DNA of 63,712 bases, filler included. It is 7 parts of 7 records of this genome, joined end to end, with 100 filler letters (N's around TTAATTAATTAA, not from the genome) between each part and the next. Parts side by side here need not be neighbours in the genome. Positions count along the whole stretch, not along the records: positions 60,624 to 63,712 come from SRR20825010_1605; 6 more parts are not named here. One strand, 5' to 3'. Each line of letters begins with the position of its first letter. Position 1 is the stretch's first letter. The position numbers and the translations under genes were made by a program. A model generated the notes under the pieces. The model saw only the letters and a program-made list of their open reading frames with translations, had not been told where the DNA came from and ran no database searches. Positions 60,624 to 63,712 of this stretch are shown here, in pieces.

Positions 60624-62816
60624 ATATATCACTGAGCGCGGGTTTTCCGGATCCAACGCCAACAGGTCGACCACCGTATTGCGGTTGGTTTCGACCGAAT
60701 AGCGCCTGCGGTGGGTCATCACGCTGTCACCGATTTCCAGCGCGGCATCAAGGCTGCCCTGCGGCGCGCCCTTGGCAGAGAACACCGCCAGTAGATCGGA
60801 AATCTGAACACCCCGTTCCAACGCGCGGCCCATTGACATGAACCGCCAGCCGGAAAACCGGAACATGTTGTCATTCACCAGACCGGCAAATCCCGCCAAC
60901 TTGCGCAGCAACTGGCTGAGCGCGCGGCCGGTGGCATCGCCCGGCTCTACTGCCCCGGACAGCGCACGGGCGGCGGTCTCCAACTCATCCAGAGCGTACC
61001 AACCGTCATCCGAGAACCGATCACGCACCTTGCTCGCACAGCCGCGGGCATTCTCCAGCAGGGTCAGAAACAGATCCGGCATGGGTTGCGACAGATACAA
61101 CCCGCGCCCTTCCAGAAAGCGGCCCAACTGGTCGAACACGGGCATCGGCGTGCCGCCGTGATCCTCCAGCCGGAGGTGGTAGGCGCGCAGGGTCCGGGCA
61201 GTGAAATCCGCCCGTTCCACGTATCGGCCCAGCCAGAACAGGTTGTCTGCGGCCCGCGCGGGCAGACGTCCCGGCATCCGCCGCACGAAGGGCCCGGGCT
61301 GTTGACCCGACAGGGTGTCCGGCGCAACGGGACGGTCGCCCACGACCCAGACATCGGCCACCGACCCGCCGCTTTGCATGGCCAGCGCTGTGGGATCGCC
61401 GTTGCGTCCGATACGGGCATAACCGCCCGGCATCACGGTCCAGCCATCGCGCGTGCGCGCCGCAAAGACCCGCACCACCATGGGGCGTGGCACCAGCTTG
61501 CCGTCAATCATCGCCGGGGTCGTGGACAGCGTGACCGCCTCTTGCCCGACCAGATTGCCACCGTTCTTTTCCAACCAATCCAGCACCGGACCGCGCGCAT
61601 TGTCGCGAAACCGACCACCAAGCGCCGTTGTGCTGTCGTAGTCAAAGGGCAGATCGGTCGACAGCGCCGGCCCGATCATCATCCGTTCCAAATTGTCACG
61701 CACATAGGCGCGTTCCTTGGCCTGTCCGCACCACCAGGTGGCGATATTGGGCAGTTTCAGCCGCTCACCCAGCAGCGCCTCTGAAATGCGTGGCAAAAAG
61801 GCCATTAGCGCCCGCGCCTCCAGCACGCCGGAGCCTAGGCAATTCAACATAGTCACCGACCCAGATCGCAGGGCGCTGACCATCCCCGGCGTGCCCAACG
61901 CCGATGTCTCATCCAGTTCCAGCGGATCGGCAAAACGTGAATCAAGGCGACGCCACAGCACGCTGACCGGCTCCAGCCCGCTGATGGTGCGCACCATAAG
62001 GCGACCATCCACCGTCACCAGATCTTCAGACTCCAGCAAAAGGAACCCCAGATAGCGGGCGATATAGGCGTGTTCGAAATAGGTGTCAGTGTGCTGACCC
62101 GGGGTCAGGATCGCCACCTGCCCCTGCTCAGTGCCGCGCAATTGGGTCAACCGGTCCCGGAAACTGCGAAAGAACCCGGCGAGGCGTTGCACATTCGCCT
62201 CCGGGTAAAGTTCATGAAAGACACGCAGGGTGGCCATGCGGTTTTCCAAAGCAAAGCCACTGCCCGACGGTGCCTGTGTCCGATCGCCAAGCACCAGCCA
62301 ACTGCCGTCGGGCGAGCGCCCGATCTCAAAGGCCAGAAAATGCAGATAGTGTCCTGAGCGCGGCTTTACCCCAACCATCGGGTTCAGCCATTCTGGATTG
62401 CGCGCGATCAGCTGTGGCGGCAACAGCCCGCGTTTGACCAGATCGGCAGATCCGTACAGGTCCGCCATGGTGCGTTCCAGTAGCTCGGCACGCTGTTCGA
62501 TCCCGGCGGCAAGGTCGCGCCACTCTGTCTCTCCGATGATGACCGGAATGTGACTCAGCGGCCAATCCCGCAAGGCGGACTCGTCGCCCGTGTACTGGCG
62601 ATAGTAGACACCCGCGTCCTGCAAATACAGATCACCACGGGCAAAATCCTGTGCGACCTGGCCGGGATCGCGCCCCGCCAGATGATCAATCATCGGCTTC
62701 CACGCCGGACGCAGGGTACCGTCACGCCGCAACAATTCATCAGCCACCCCTTTGGGTGGCTGATAATGTTCCAGCGGCGCCTTGCGCGCCGGTGCAGCGG
62801 CGCCGGGGTCGACCAT
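60624..62816 (-). CDS. circularly permuted type 2 ATP-grasp + alpha-E fusion, 3' truncated
   Basis: DRTQAPSG.GFALENR, YFEHAY.ARYLG, DPLEL, NLFWLGRY.ER and NPRS motifs. Confidence 0.9.
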
Positions 62817-62818
62817 AG

Positions 62819-63712
62819 TCAGATCCAGGGGGCGCGGCGCAGATCAAGGGTCATTGGAAACTCCGGATGCGGGCTTTCGGTGGCAGGCTGATAAGTCCCC
62901 GGCGTATGCCCCTGTTTCTCGAACCGTGCAAGCCGACGGGCGTCTGCCTCATTGGTATTGACCGGGAACGTGTCGTAACTCCGCCCGCCCGGGTGCGCCA
63001 CATGATAGGTACATCCACCAATTGCCCGCCCCGACCATGTGTCGAAGATGTCAAAGATCAGCGGCGCATCCACCGGCAAAACCGGGTGCAACGCCTCTGC
63101 CGGTTGCCACGCCTTGAACCGCACGCCGCCCACGCGACGCCCGTTTTCCCCCGTCTGAGCCATCGGCACCTTGCGCTGATTGCAGCAGACAACATAGCGA
63201 TCCGGGTCAGAGGCGGTCAGTTGCACCTGCATTCGCTCAACCGAACTGTCGGTATAGCGCACCGTGCCACCGATTGCCCCGCGTTCGCCTAACACATGCC
63301 ATGGCTCCAGCGCCTGACGGACCTCAAGGTGAACGCCGTCAGCCTCTATCTCGCCGGCAAAGGGGAAACGGAATTCGCGCTGTGCCTCGTACCATTCCGG
63401 CCGCAGGTCGAAACCATGCTCCTTGAGATCGCTCAGAACATCCATGAAATCCGCCCAGACAAACTCTGGCAACATGAACCGGTCGTGCAGCGTGGTGCCC
63501 CAGCGCACTGGCTTGCCCTTGATCGGCGATTTCCACAACCGCACCAACAGCGCACGGATCAGGACCTGCTGTGCAAGGCTCATGCGTGGATCGGGCGGCA
63601 TCTCAAATCCGCGGAATTCCACCAGACCAAGACGCCCGGTCGGGCCGTCAGGGGAATACAGCTTGTCGATGCAGATCTCTGCCCGGTGGGTGTTGCCGGT
63701 CACGTCGATCAG
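62819..63712 (-). CDS. DUF2126/transglutaminase-family protein, 3' part
   Basis: [27 protein letters not shown] and YHVAHPGGR motifs. Confidence 0.9.
   Translation of the reverse strand: MIDVTGNTHRAEICIDKLYSPDGPTGRLGLVEFRGFEMPPDPRMSLAQQVLIRALLVRLWKSPIKGKPVRWGTTLHDRFMLPEFVWADFMDVLSDLKEHGFDLRPEWYEAQREFRFPFAGEIEADGVHLEVRQALEPWHVLGERGAIGGTVRYTDSSVERMQVQLTASDPDRYVVCCNQRKVPMAQTGENGRRVGGVRFKAWQPAEALHPVLPVDAPLIFDIFDTWSGRAIGGCTYHVAHPGGRSYDTFPVNTNEADARRLARFEKQGHTPGTYQPATESPHPEFPMTLDLRRAPWI

Noticed and set aside
60624-63712. ATP-grasp/alpha-E/transglutaminase system
   Set aside because: An already described, widespread gene cluster; both genes are truncated here

Overview
The window is not one genome. 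It is seven unrelated contigs joined by 100-nt spacers (N-run + TTAATTAATTAA + N-run). Taxonomic guesses come from gene content and base composition only. (1) 1-18704, AT-rich Bacteroidota (Crocinitomicaceae-like): a cluster of small membrane proteins, a PP2C sensor, a helicase, trxB, pcm, an acyl-CoA carboxylase and an M13 peptidase, ending in an accessory region. (2) 18805-26000, Bacteroidota: large surface protein, lipoproteins, TonB receptor, fabF end. (3) 26101-44087, Flavobacteriaceae-like: kmo, cryptochrome/photolyase operon, clpP, ECF sigma, kynU, tatA, M1 peptidase. (4) 44188-51420, high GC, Planctomycetota-like: amidohydrolase, phhA, speA, a nucleotidyltransferase pair, a DHS-like gene. 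(5) 51521-55598, Rhodobacteraceae-like: ntrB, dusB, ispDF, pgpA, cinA, amtB. (6) 55699-60523, alphaproteobacterial: nasA end, cysG-like, LysR/tautomerase/cupin. (7) 60624-63712, alphaproteobacterial: ATP-grasp/alpha-E and DUF2126. The main finding is an integron-like gene-cassette array at 15393-18704 with no integrase in view. It has two attC-like imperfect hairpins with identical non-canonical spacing (CATAAC-N4-GCT...AGC-N7-GTTAT) and a compact attI-like hairpin at its head. Each complete cassette begins with a GTTAT box that is the exact reverse complement (10 and 9 nt) of the box at its own 3' end, as expected for units that excise and re-integrate as circles. The first cassette encodes a candidate anti-phage nuclease.
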